A stretch of DNA of 64,000 nt from Parasitella parasitica NRRL 2501. Its lineage: Eukaryota > Fungi > Mucoromycota. Location of the stretch: assembly GCA_025201805.1 (NCBI GenBank), contig MU619250.1:21300-85299 (forward strand), in the 5' to 3' direction. Of this stretch, positions 25,512 to 37,512 are shown in pieces. The translations under genes were made by a program, and so were the position numbers. The notes below the pieces were generated by a model. That model was given only the letters and a program-made list of their open reading frames with translations, was not told the DNA's origin and searched no databases. Numbering within the stretch: position 1 is the first letter of the stretch; each line of letters begins with the position of its first letter.

Positions 25512-26651
25512 TTAAGCAGTGTCTACCAAAGCAAAGCGAGAAGCACTGCGGTCAAATAGACTCGATTTCAGGTCAAGGTCTTGTAAATAAGGGTGTTGAG
25601 GCGCAACCTCTTTCAATTGACTATGCAGAGAATATTAATATTGCAGCGAACAAAATCACGTTATTACATACCTGACATAACGATTGACAATTTCTTGGGA
25701 TTTAGCAGTTAAAGTGGCACATGCAATCATGTTGATTAGTGTGTCTGGATTATCAGAATCCTATACAGCACATATTACATCTCAAAGTAAAGCCAAATCT
25801 CTCTTTGGAATACTCACCTTGTTTTGAGCCTCCAACAACAAACTCTCGGCTTCAGGATATCTGCCTAAAGTGAGGTTGGCAGCAGCCTGTCCATTCAAAA
25901 CCTTTACTGTTTGAGCTGTCTTCGATTGTCCAAACTCTTCGTAAATGTAAAAAGCTTCTTGATATTTCTCTCCACCCTATCGTTATTGTCAATAATCGCC
26001 ACATACTTTATCTCCATTTAAAAGCTATACCACGCGAAGATCAACCCAGGCTTCCATCATTTGCAATAACAAGGCATCCTCAGCCCAAGTTTTAACACTC
26101 GCAACTTCGTTTCTCGCTAAATCTAAGCGGTCCAGTTGTAGGTATATCTGTACAGCCAAAGCAGAGCTAAATCCTCCCAAAAGCTATCAGTCTCATACTT
26201 GTACAATATCAGCCAGAAATTACCATTCTATTTTCTTTTTACGAGAATGAAGAGTTCTCAAAGCATCCTCAAAGCGTCCAGCCTGCACCAAGATAGTAGC
26301 AAGTGTCACTTGAATGACAGAGTTGATACGGTTGGCACCTTCTTCGAGCAGATTGTTTGCTTTTACAACATAGTCCTCAGTATTGGTGGTGTTATTCTTT
26401 TGCTTGTCTGCTAAAAATTCAGCCAGCAGCTTGATGGCCTTTAAAGAAGGCTCATCATTTTCACCAATGTCGTTTACAACCAGGTTGTATTTGCCTTGGG
26501 CGACATAGGAACGGTACAAGAACGTTTGAGCTTCCAACTTGGCTTCAGTTGAAAGGAGTTCGTTGCTGGAGCTAACTTCATTAATCACTATTTGGTAGTT
26601 TCCAATAGTGAAAATTTCACGGAGGCCAAATAAAACTGACTCTTCATCCAT
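25512..26651 (-). CDS. SEC28: Coatomer subunit epsilon, multi-exon
   Basis: LFGLREIFTIGNYQ, FLYRSYVAQGKY, EAWVDLR, YQEAFYIYEE, RYPEAESLLLEA, HPYLQDL..KSSLFD. Confidence 0.92.
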
Positions 26652-27669
26652 AGTTGCTGTAATGTTCGTTGAAAAAAAGAGACAATGTGAATTTGCACCT
26701 GCAACGTGTCGAGTTCAGCTGGCGGGTTTCTTGCTGAGTTTTGATAGAACGAGCGACTCCTTCATAGTCGCTCATAGTACCACTTCATAAAACGGCACAA
26801 GTTGATACAATAAAACAGACAAAATGATCTCTCTGGATTACATGTATATTAGTAAAAATTGGTCTTTAATCCCTTGTAATCCAAGTGGAAGTACAGAATC
26901 AAGTGGAATCGAAGTGGAATTGCTATCACATGTGGAATCAAACAATTTACAAAAACACATAACTATCAAGTTATGATTTACATGTATGATCAAAACACTT
27001 TTCGGTATTTCAGGCTACGAATGTAATACTGTGTCTTGAAGTTTATCAGAACACACCAACGATATCTTTTTAAGATGATTGTGATTTTTTTTAAGCTGTA
27101 ACCTCTATTTTCAAGCGCTGCAATGTAGCATGACAATGTAACATTTTTAAATGCTATCATGTAAGCTAGTACGTTGTCTTTAAGCGTGCCGATTTAGAAC
27201 AATTTTGTTACAATTAAGCATAGTACTGTAGCTTTGAAATATAGGTATGTTTAAACTTATGTAGTCAATTACAAAACCGTTAAGCGGCTTCTTTTTTTTT
27301 TTTTTTTTTTTTTCCATTCTAAGCATGGCGATGCAGTCTTTTTTAAGCACCAAATGTAAGATAATGCTGAGCCAATGTATTGGTCTATTTAGGCGTATTG
27401 ATGTACTTGGGTTCGAAGGAATAACAGAGTGAAATCTTCATCATAGCATTCTTGAAAGCAAGTCGGTTAAACGTTCTAGCCTTCTCCACTATGCCATTGT
27501 ATCAATAAAAATGCGCCCAAGAAAGAGAGAAAAAGTATCCCTTTCTCTTTCTTTCTTCTCATTGTTTTTTCTTTCAATATCATTTGTATTGGCACCAGCA
27601 TTAGATGTGGCTGCACTCAAATATTTTCCATAAAGCAGCACTCACCCAAGATACTTGCTTTTCTAGCGC

Positions 27670-27760
27670 ATGCATCGAAACAACAGCAAGTTTATTAAAT
27701 CTATGAACATAATTGTTGACCCTTGCTCTGATTTTTACCAATATATGTGTAATCCAGAGA
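27670..27760 (+). pseudogene. Relic of an M13 (neprilysin-family) peptidase N-terminus
   Basis: KSMNIIVDPCSDFYQYMC matches the M13 N-terminal pattern MNxxVDPCxDFYxxAC; nothing further of the gene is recognisable. Confidence 0.5.
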
Positions 27761-28160
27761 GACAATTATGTCTGTCTATTGTATTGAGTTGTGCCGTTTA
27801 TCAGACGGTATTAGATCAAACAAGTCAATGGAACAGTTGCAAAATGAGATTTGCAGCATTTTTTATCGCTATTGCGTAAAGGGAGAGTTGCATGTCTCAT
27901 GTTTATTCAAGTACGGTAGTATTCATGTGTAATAAGGAGTTTTCATGTGACAAGATTGGTTGCTATTGCGACATTTTTATACATGTTGTATATATTCGGC
28001 CTCCAAACTCCAAATATAATAGCATTTCTGTATATTATAGGAAAATAAGGATTAAAAATAGCATGCATTGGAGGTCACTTGAGACGACAAACATTTGTAT
28101 AGTCAATCTACTTCCGTTACATATCAACCTTTCATCTCTTTCTTCCCTCTATCTTTTCAA

Positions 28161-28484
28161 ATGAAGCTTCTTTACTTTATTCTGATTGCTCTTATTTGCG
28201 CTCTTGTTCATGCTCAAGATGGCGACAGTTTCCAAATTGATTTTTACGAATCTCCCAATTACAAGAAACATAACGGTGTAATATCTGGCTCTGTTAAACC
28301 TGGCGAGGGCGCCGGTACTCCTAGAGGTAACATCACTGTTGCTTCCTTCAAATCGCCTTCCTGGTTGCAAGTAACACTCTTTGAAGGCCCTCGCTGGAGC
28401 GGCAAGTCCTATGTCTATAAAGGTCCTCAAAAGAAGATTTCTCCTCCTGTTGCGCTCCGTAGTGTCAAGTGGAAGCATTTGTAA
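28161..28484 (+). CDS. Small secreted protein (107 aa), probable beta/gamma-crystallin-like fold
   Basis: Signal peptide MKLLYFILIALICALVHA; FYESPNYK and ASFKSPSWLQVTLFEGPRWSG resemble Greek-key motifs; no cysteine in the mature part; intronless. Confidence 0.7.
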   Translation: MKLLYFILIALICALVHAQDGDSFQIDFYESPNYKKHNGVISGSVKPGEGAGTPRGNITVASFKSPSWLQVTLFEGPRWSGKSYVYKGPQKKISPPVALRSVKWKHL

Positions 28485-30055
28485 TCACTTTATTTATGTC
28501 GCAATGTAGCAATTCGCATTCCATCTCTTTCAAATAAATAAAACTTGTACGGTCTTTCGCTGCTGATGCGAGCCATTTGCTAGAAAAGCTGATCTACAAT
28601 ATTTATTAATAATCTGATAGCATGCATTTAAACTTTCTTTACGCCACAATGCATAACAGAGTCATATATTATAACCACAGGATGTCAAAGACATGTCGCA
28701 ATGAGTATATTATCTGTACCAACTTGTTCAGATCTAATGAAAGACTGAAAAGGACAAAATATTTTTATACATCCTTTTCCTGTGCACTGCTTATAATGTA
28801 AGTCCGTGATACCTTTCGATTTCTTATAATAGCACCACAACAAATATCAACTATTTTCAGTCGCAATAGCCTACCTTGCTTTTCCCATGTTCTAGACTAG
28901 GCCAATTTTGTGATGATGTACACTGAAAATTATGTAATTTCAATTACTACATAGCATTGAGTTTGCTCAGAGAGCCATCATGTATATAGACCGACACATA
29001 GCACACAAGAATAACATTGTCCCAAATATATAGCTGCTGATATAACCATAGCTTTATACATTACATGTAGTGCTAATATTCAAGTATACCATTTTTTTTT
29101 TTCGAAAACCATGTAGCTTTTGAAGAAATGTTAAAATAGCGAAGAGGTAGTGTTACGCTGAAAATGGTGTCTCCATTGGTTTATATCTTACAGAGATTAT
29201 ACCAGATATTGCAGATTATGCCTTCAAGCAGGAAGGCAAAAGGTAATGAATGAAATTCTACAATTGCAGCGATTCCAAGTTGCGCGTGAAGCTTTTGCTT
29301 CACTCCTCAATAGAAAATAGCTTTACAGGTTAATAATCAAATCTTTGTAGAGTGTTTCCCGATATGCGCACTACTAAGTATTTCCATCGAGCGATAAATT
29401 TTCTATTGAAAACAGTACAAGCCTAGGAAAGCAACTTTTCATAAACCAACCAATTTTTAATCCCAAGAAGCTTTTTAGTACTTTGATTTTTGAGTCAGCC
29501 AAATCAAGGTCATCCATAACACCAGTTGTTTGCTCGAAAATCAGTATTTTTTGATGAAGCAAAATTATTTGACAACGTATGAGCCTGTGAAGTAGTCCAT
29601 GTATGGTAGTTTCTTTATTCAATTGGCAAGAAGATACTAGGTATCATCAGTAGATTATCCAAAACGTGCATAACTTGATACGTTGGGGAAATCGGGGAAT
29701 AGTAGTCAGGTTCGTTTTTCTTTCAAGAAATGTCAAGATGTATCGTTGTTTTAGATCATCCCAAATCCGCAACGCCGAAAATTGAGCGTTAGATACGGGT
29801 CCCCACACAGGGCAAAAATATAATTAATGGTGTAGATTAGGTGGTAATTATTTCAACAACTAAAACAAAAATGACTTTGAAGGCTATATTTCACAACTAG
29901 TACCATTTCAACACTTTGAAGTTACCTACTGAGAAAAAATCATACAGCGATTTTATTGAATTTTAGCTTTATTTACTCGATATTTTGTATGTGCGTAACA
30001 CTTGCGAGAGAAACCTGCTTGATCATACAGCAAAGAGTACTGGTATAAGTCTTTC

Positions 30056-30086
<31 letters not shown>

Positions 30087-30094
30087 ACGTATAG

Positions 30095-30128
<34 letters not shown>

Positions 30129-30197
30129 CAAGCTAGGCTACGCTCACATTCGAGTAACTACATGTTGTCATCTTGGAGCGGGTTATGTTTATAAAGT

Positions 30198-30647
30198 TTA
30201 CGAACTGCAATTGTTCCCCCAATCCAATGTCGAACTCTTTTGATGCTTTCTGCTTTTACCTAAGGTTTGAAATGACAGAGTTGGTGCATAGCAAATATTA
30301 AACTGCATTGCTGATTCACATACAAACTCGTAATCCTTGTCGCTCATCATCATTTGATTTAGTAGGTCCTTTTGATGCAATTCTACATGTCCCTTGATAA
30401 GTCTTTTTATGTGCAATATCCTTTCCGCTTGATTTTCAGGCGGAACGCGAAGCTTGTACACTGTTTGGGAAGGATCACAGAAAGGACATTCCCATTGTTC
30501 GCCTTTCTTTGACGGATTGAATATTTTCACCTACATGTTCAGAAAAGAAAAATTAAGTCAAGAGCATTCTTTTCCAATTGTAAACCAGGAGGTTGCCTCT
30601 TCAATTGTGTTTTTTCTTGTAGTTTCTGTAATCAACTTTGAAAACAT
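30198..30647 (-). CDS. Small hypothetical protein with CPFC...HVELH zinc-binding-like motif
   Basis: 110-aa ORF preceded by an acceptor-like TAG; probable upstream exon MFSKLITETTRKNTIEE; donor site unclear. Confidence 0.35.
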
Positions 30648-31074
30648 TTTTCTTTTCTTTTCTTTTCAATGTTTGTTGGCTTAAAAGAGAGAGAGAAAAG
30701 AAAGAAAAGTAAGGTCTGAGAAGAGGATATGCTCTTTTATTCTCTCTAGTATTTCTTTGGCAGGCCAATAGTCTGCAAAAAGATTAGTGCGCAAGGCATT
30801 ACCTTTTTTTTTTCCTTCTTGCATTCATACTATTGAAAACTAATTTTTCAAATGATATTGCATTTTTACTCTGTTTATCGTCGCTGCCCTGACTGTACAC
30901 TGCATTTACCGTAGATTTGTGATGGTCTTGATGCTGTAAATCAAGCAAACGAAAAAACTCTCAGATTCAAATTGAAACCAACAGTAAAAAACGATCATGT
31001 GCGAATTTCTGCCAAACTTGATTCAACAATGAATGACACAACAGTTGAATAGATATTTATTATACATATAACCT

Positions 31075-31371
31075 TCAATAACCTGCATTAGAAGGGACAT
31101 AGAAGCCAGCATGTAAGTGGCCCATTGTACTTGATTTCAATGCGGTTAGCTGTCGAGTTATATTTGCTCATGCATTTGGTTCTTACTTTGACAAAAGAAT
31201 ATACACCTCTTCACTAGAGTTTAGCGACAGTTTGTTTGTAATGTTACGTTTGACTGATTTGCATGCTTCCTTTATGCTACGTATCGGTTGAAAAATGGGT
31301 GATTTGCTGGGTGCTTTGTTCTTGTTTTTACTGCCAGCAGTGAACATTTCAGAAGGGTAAATAGCAACCAT
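31075..31371 (-). CDS. Small basic hypothetical protein, 2 exons (about 80 aa)
   Basis: ATG exon, GT-AG intron, in-frame second exon LTALKSSTMGHLHAGFYVPSNAGY*; no recognisable family. Confidence 0.35.
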
Positions 31372-31589
31372 TATGGGGTATTATGAATTAAAATGAGGAT
31401 GTTGAATAAAGAAAGAAAGGCTTCATGTAAGATAATTGATCAGTTTTATATTCTGCATGAATAATATGCGAGACATGTTAGCTGTATTTGCAGTAATGAT
31501 CAGGAGAGACACACAGAATAAGTCTCCCTTCGCATTCAGGACATTACAACAAGCCCAACCTCCTTGTCGTCTAATACTGAGTTTATTGT

Positions 31590-33482
31590 CTAAAAGTCTC
31601 TCAAGATCATGACTACAGAGTCCATTCTTGACTTGGCAACTTCCAGTCGTTCAATAATTTTGTCCATATTAGCAATCTCCTTCTTTTCACCATCACTAAG
31701 CAAATCTGGGTTCTCCAATACATCTCTCCTAAGGGTTTTATCAATGAGCCGTCTACGGATGCTGAGCTCATATTCTTTTCGTTGCTGAAGATTACAGATA
31801 GCACGGTACGCATCCACCAGCAATTCCTCATAGCATTTTTCTAGTGGCACATACCACAAATGGAAACATCTGCCAGGTGCACGGTCAGCAGATCTGGGAA
31901 TCTCCTGAATCTCGACAAAACCCTTCGTCTTTAGCAGGGCCAGCTTTTCTCTCGTGTCTTTGGGGGGTAACATGGCTAATTTTTGGACTTGCGATTCGTC
32001 TAGTTTACCTCGCTCGATCAAAATTCTGAGAATACGGCATGTTGCAACACCATAACGCTCACGGATTAATCCTTCTACAACTCTTCTCTTCATCGTATTG
32101 CGTAGCTTGGCGAAATCAACTGCATATTGGCTTGCGCCTCGTTCGTCTTTGGATTTCACAAAGCCTGCAGTATCTGTCTTTAGTAAGATGATGTAGCCGC
32201 GCACTGTCTCCTGCAGACTGGGGCCCTTTTTAGGGTCAAGCAGGTCTTTGGGTAAACTGATGTCTCCCCTACTAGCAATATCAGTTTTGGAGACGAAATT
32301 TGCAATGTGAATGGGTGTTGCAGAAGCTAAGCAAAAAAAAAAAAAAAAGGGGGGGGGGCATTAATTTACGCCCATCTTATGTACACTGACACTTACGAGA
32401 ATCCTCCTCTTTTAAAGAGTGTATTTTGTCTTTGCCATACTCTAAAAATGCCTTGACAATTTCACCGGCTGTGCGATTAATACGTTCAGTAGCAAAATCC
32501 ACAATAGACTCATTTCTGAACACCAGGTTGAATTTGTCGTAGTTTATAGCAAAGAAGACTTTCTCGTCGACTTCTTCGTCGTTCAAATCATCAAGATCGT
32601 CGTTTCCTCCGTATTCATCAAGAGCCGCACGCTTGCGTTGATATTCAAGAGGATCTAGTGCCTTTCGTTTCATACCGACGGTTTCAATTGAGCTGTATTC
32701 GGCATCAATCTGAGCTTTAGCTGTGGTTTTCGCATGTTGAAGTTCTTTGGCTGTCATAATAGTGTATTTTTCCGTCTCTTTCTCGGTTGCTGCCAAATAA
32801 CGATCCATTGCAGAGCGACTGTGCTCTGGCATTACTGCTCTAATATAGTGAGTTGAGACAAGCTGTGTAAACGTCTTTACATGTTTATCTGTTTCTAAAT
32901 TCAAAATGCTCAATTGTTGGTTTTGAAAGTTTAGAAGTGCACTGTGTTTGAACTTACTTGATTCTTTGCCATTTTGAGTCAGCCATTTCTTGACTCCTGC
33001 CAATGTCATACGTCCATTAGTGAACAAAAGCTTACAAATTGACGAGGCCTAGTTACAAACATTAGCACAAAATCCTCTTTTTTTTTTTAGGAATCTGTTT
33101 CTAATAAAGCACCTCGTGTCCAAAGCGATCCTCGACATCTCGAAGAATAGAACCCATGCGCAAACGCATCATAATTCTTTCAGCATCGGTGGTATAAAAA
33201 GTAGGCTCATTTTTGCCGTCAAGAGACTCTGAAAAAAAAGTAATTCCATGTTGAATAAGCACTACCAGGCATTCTCGCACTTGTTTTGCTGGCAAACTTG
33301 TAAAACGGGCCAAGTCTGAAAGTGTCAAGCGACCTTTGAGAAGCATTTGACGGCCAACCTTCTACAATAATTGCGGCATTAGCATTGCATTGTCTCATCT
33401 GTCCATGTGTATCACATACTGCAACAAAAGGGCCGAAATCCTCTGCTAAAATTTCTTTACATAGACGAGATTCAGACGACAT
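31590..33482 (-). CDS. RPC82: RNA polymerase III subunit C82/RPC3, multi-exon
   Basis: LLKGRLTL...VRECLVVLIQH, CRILRILIERGKLDESQ, IQEIPRSADRAPGRCFHLW. Confidence 0.93.
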
Positions 33483-33927
33483 ATAGAGTTGATGATCGTG
33501 ATAAATGAACAAGTAAAGTTATTCTGTTAAAGAGTAATGCCTTTGATGTTTTGTGGGATCAAAAAAATTTGAGGCTTGGAAAGTCGCAAATGTGACCTTG
33601 TTATGTGCGGAAATGAAGGTCTTTGACATGAATAGACAATGCCTGAGGGTTACTAACCCTTCTAGTATTTTTGACAGATATACCTGTTGCCTGTTTCATT
33701 CAAGACGCGGATAAAATCAAATTTTCAACTAGATTTCCGTCATCGAAAAACACTATGACACCATTATGATGCCTACTTGAATTGTCAACATATCAAGATA
33801 GATGGTACATTGTGCCAAATAAGTACTACATATCACTCCTGTCAAGTCTGCTTTTTTTCTTTTTTATATTTATATATATATATATATATATTATGAATGT
33901 TTCCATTCAAAATTTGACATCTCGTTG

Positions 33928-34682
33928 CTACAGAGTTTCTAGTTTTGTCGAGTGTTGCATATTCGGTGGAGGATATGTTATTTCTTGCTGTCGTGCTACT
34001 TTGCACAACTCTTGAAAAAACCTATGTAATCACATTAATTAGGATACAGATGTAAATAGACATCTTACTTTAGTTTCTGAGGCCTTTGATACGCAGATAC
34101 GATGCCGCTGGTACTGGGCATGACAAACATGACAGTCTCCCCCTCACCATCCCGCGAAAGCCATTTAACATTGTGTTCTTTAGGTTGAAGGCCCATTATG
34201 CTACATTTCTTGCCTGAATATATCTCAAAGATGCCTTTGCCGACAAAGCAAGCAACTCTAGGGCGAAGTGACTCAAATTTGTGATTTAGCACCGGGATTC
34301 CTTCTCTTTGCTCTGCGAGTGACAAGTCAGATTGTCTGCGGGTTGTTCTCGCTGTCAGATTTGTAAATCCCAGTCGGAACAGCGCTGGCATGTCTGCATC
34401 CTCTGAAAATGTCACCTTGCGATCTACTAAACCACTGTCAGACAAGCACGGCCAAAAATGATTAGTTGGTCCAGCGTAATGATGGCCTCTTGCAGCACTT
34501 GTTAGACCTGGGTTGATACCCACAAATAGCACACTCAAATCATCGGCCATGAGATCAGGTACGCCCTGTAGGCCTGGTTCAGTTTTGACCTCGGTTTTGA
34601 TTGTTTTTGTTTCTTTTTTTTTAAAGTAAGGTGATATCTTTGATGTTTCACGCTTGATTTGTGTGTAGTGTATTTCCTTCAT
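33928..34682 (-). CDS. G:T/U mismatch DNA glycosylase (TDG/MUG family), 2 exons
   Basis: VLFVGINPG, GHHYAGPTNHFW, FVGKGI and VMPSTSG motifs. Confidence 0.92.
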
Positions 34683-35107
34683 TGATTATATCTCTCACAA
34701 TTGAAAGACAAAGGGATGAAATAGAATTACGACTACGGGTTTATTTAGTATTTTTGCAGGATTTCAGTCATGGTTTAACTGTCATGAAACAGTCCTCTAC
34801 AGTTTGCAAATTTATAGTACAAATCAGAATCAAATGTTGAAGAATGTACATAAGTAATTTGATTAGAAAAGCGAGGGAGGCAAAAGGAGGGATATGATAA
34901 AAGAAAGAAAGAAAGAAAAAAAAAAGAAATTATAAGGATTGTGCGTACGTATATAAAATATGGGAAAGAGAGAAAAGAAAAAAAAAAAAAGAATTACGAA
35001 TAAATGATACAGAGAAGCAGAGAAATGGGTACAAGAAGGGCTTTCTCACAAAGAAAAAGGCCAAAATTTGTTTAAAAAAAATCTAATAATTAGTTGTTCT
35101 TCTACGT

Positions 35108-37512
35108 TCAAATACCAGATCTCGGTCTTTCACTAGTGGAAGATTTTCCTTCCGGAGAAGGCTGTGGTATGTTGTTGGGCGTTACCACGTTTTTTTCATT
35201 TGGAGAGATGCTGCTCTGATCAATTTGCTGTTGTTTTCGTTGCAATTTGTCCTTCTTTTTCATGTCTTCCCAGACGCCAATATTTTCATTGATCTGATCT
35301 ACAGTAAACTGCATGCCTAAATTAATTCAGTGAGTCTGAGCCGCTCTACATCGATAACGCAGCATGGATACGTACAAGGAGTTACACTGCTGACAGATTC
35401 AAAGAGCTTCATTGCAACAAACCGCTTGAACGTGAGTTGAAAGTCCTCCAATGGAATTTTTCCTCTTTCATTGATTGGTAAAACAGACATCCCTAGTTCT
35501 TTCTCGAGGTCGCCCTGTTCAAAGAATTCTTCTGCTAGTATTTGAGCCCATCTTTTGGCAGATTCAAACGGACGAGCCTATTCAAGAATGTTATTATCCG
35601 CCGCCGTTTTCTATTCGAATGCAGTTATACTTGCACAATTACTGATATCAGCACATTTGATTAAGGCTCCACAAATCAAAATCTTTTCTTTCTCACAAGT
35701 GGCCTTGTCGGTAAAATCAATCTTGTTTCGCTGCAGTCGCTGAGCTTGATCTTGAATTTTTGTAACATATTCGTCATGCATGCTCATGTCTGTAGCTAGT
35801 ATACTGTTTACGACAATCTTACGAAACGCTACATCATTTGTGGATTAGTACCGCATTTTTCCTCACAAAAAGCATAAAAAGACCTACTAGCATATTCTGG
35901 GTTAGAGCAAAGATCTGTCAATTGACTGAAACAATGCTCTCTCAGTAAATGAAAAAAGGACATCGCATGGAAGCTCTCTAGAACAGACTTATCATTGTAC
36001 AAGATAGCTAATGGCGCTGAAGTAGTAATCTAAAAATAAAATATAAATAAAAAAAAGACAACGTCTAGTTAGTACGGAAAATCTAACCAATCTCCAACAG
36101 TCAGTCATGGTACCATAAAGTTATTATTCACACCAGGATGTCCAACATCATGGCCAATACTAGCCATAAGCAATGCGAATATATCTAAAGGGTGAAATAA
36201 ACCCTTGATTCCAGAGTGACCCTCAGGAAAAGAAACACTGGAGTCCATAGGTTCTAAAACGCCTAGTCTACACAAAAAATAGTAATTTGCTTGAAGTACG
36301 TCCACTGCGTGTCGAAAATTGTGGTAAGGATTTGTGCTGTGATAGGAATTGCAAATGTCAAAGATAAAGTGGTACAAATCACCTATGGATTTTTGATTTT
36401 AGTACGGGGTCAAGGCGTCCACGTGTTTTACGTTTTGTACGACTTACCACTGGGAACACGGAGCGCTTCAAGTTCATTAAAAGTCGAGAGAACCTGGCTC
36501 AATATCATATACACAACTTGAATAAGATCCTTGTTGTCCAAGTCCAGCGGGAGGAATTCCCAGCTGCATATCTGTACCTCGAGGTACTCTTTGCGATCAC
36601 TACTCAAGCATTTCTGTAAGCCTACCTCCTTCATGATGTCTCTATGGCGATCTTACTTTAGCATGGATGTCATTGAAGATCTTCTGACGCTTGGCTTAGG
36701 GGTATAATAGTCCGCCACAAGTTTAGATAGCCTAAACGCACAAGTTAGCAATCCCTGATCCGTAGAAGCCGCAATAAGAGAACCTACCATTGCTCTTGAC
36801 GGAACACACCCTTAAGACGTCCCTTAAACTTTGCCCAAATCTCTCCACATTGCGAGTCTGCCTCCATTGTGCACGCTCTTGATGTCTGACACCCAGTATC
36901 CATGGTTTTTTCGGCTTTATTAATGTGATATCGAGTGACATTCTATACAGCGTTTAGACGTTGTTTTGTAGCCTGGAAAACTGATAACGTACCAAGAATA
37001 AAGTTTTAATCACATCTTTGGATAACGGCTTGAGAAGAAAGTCTGCAGCTCCTTCATGTAGACATTTTACCATAAACGTTGGAGAATCTTGATAAGCGCA
37101 AACTACAAAGGAAAAAGACTGAGCAGGGCAATAGCGTTTTAATTTCTTCTTCTTTTACCTATTGGAACCACATTGCTTAAAAGACCTTGTCGCAAAAAAT
37201 GAACGATTTGGATCAACAAATCCGGACATTCATCAGCAAATTTCATGTCGCAAGATTCAGCATCAATCAATAAAAGAGTTGATGTTGTTTCGTTTTGTTG
37301 CTGCTTCTTGAGTTCGGCAATGATGTCTGATTTTCTGGAATGAACGACAACTAGCAACAGAGCCATGTGAGACATCTGTCTAAAAAAGTAACCGACGCTG
37401 CATACTTACCATTCGAGAATACAGAGTAAAGCAAATCGAGCGTTGGAGTAAAATTTTCCTTGCAGTCATAATAAACAACGACCGAGCAGTTGTTTGGATT
37501 CAAACGCTTCAT
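35108..37512 (-). CDS. Class I cyclic-nucleotide phosphodiesterase with N-terminal receiver-like domain, multi-exon
   Basis: YHNFRHAVDV, HDVGHPGVNN, SVLESFH, LATDM, IKCADISN, EEFFEQGD; N-terminal LLLID...CLHEGAADFLLKP. Confidence 0.9.
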
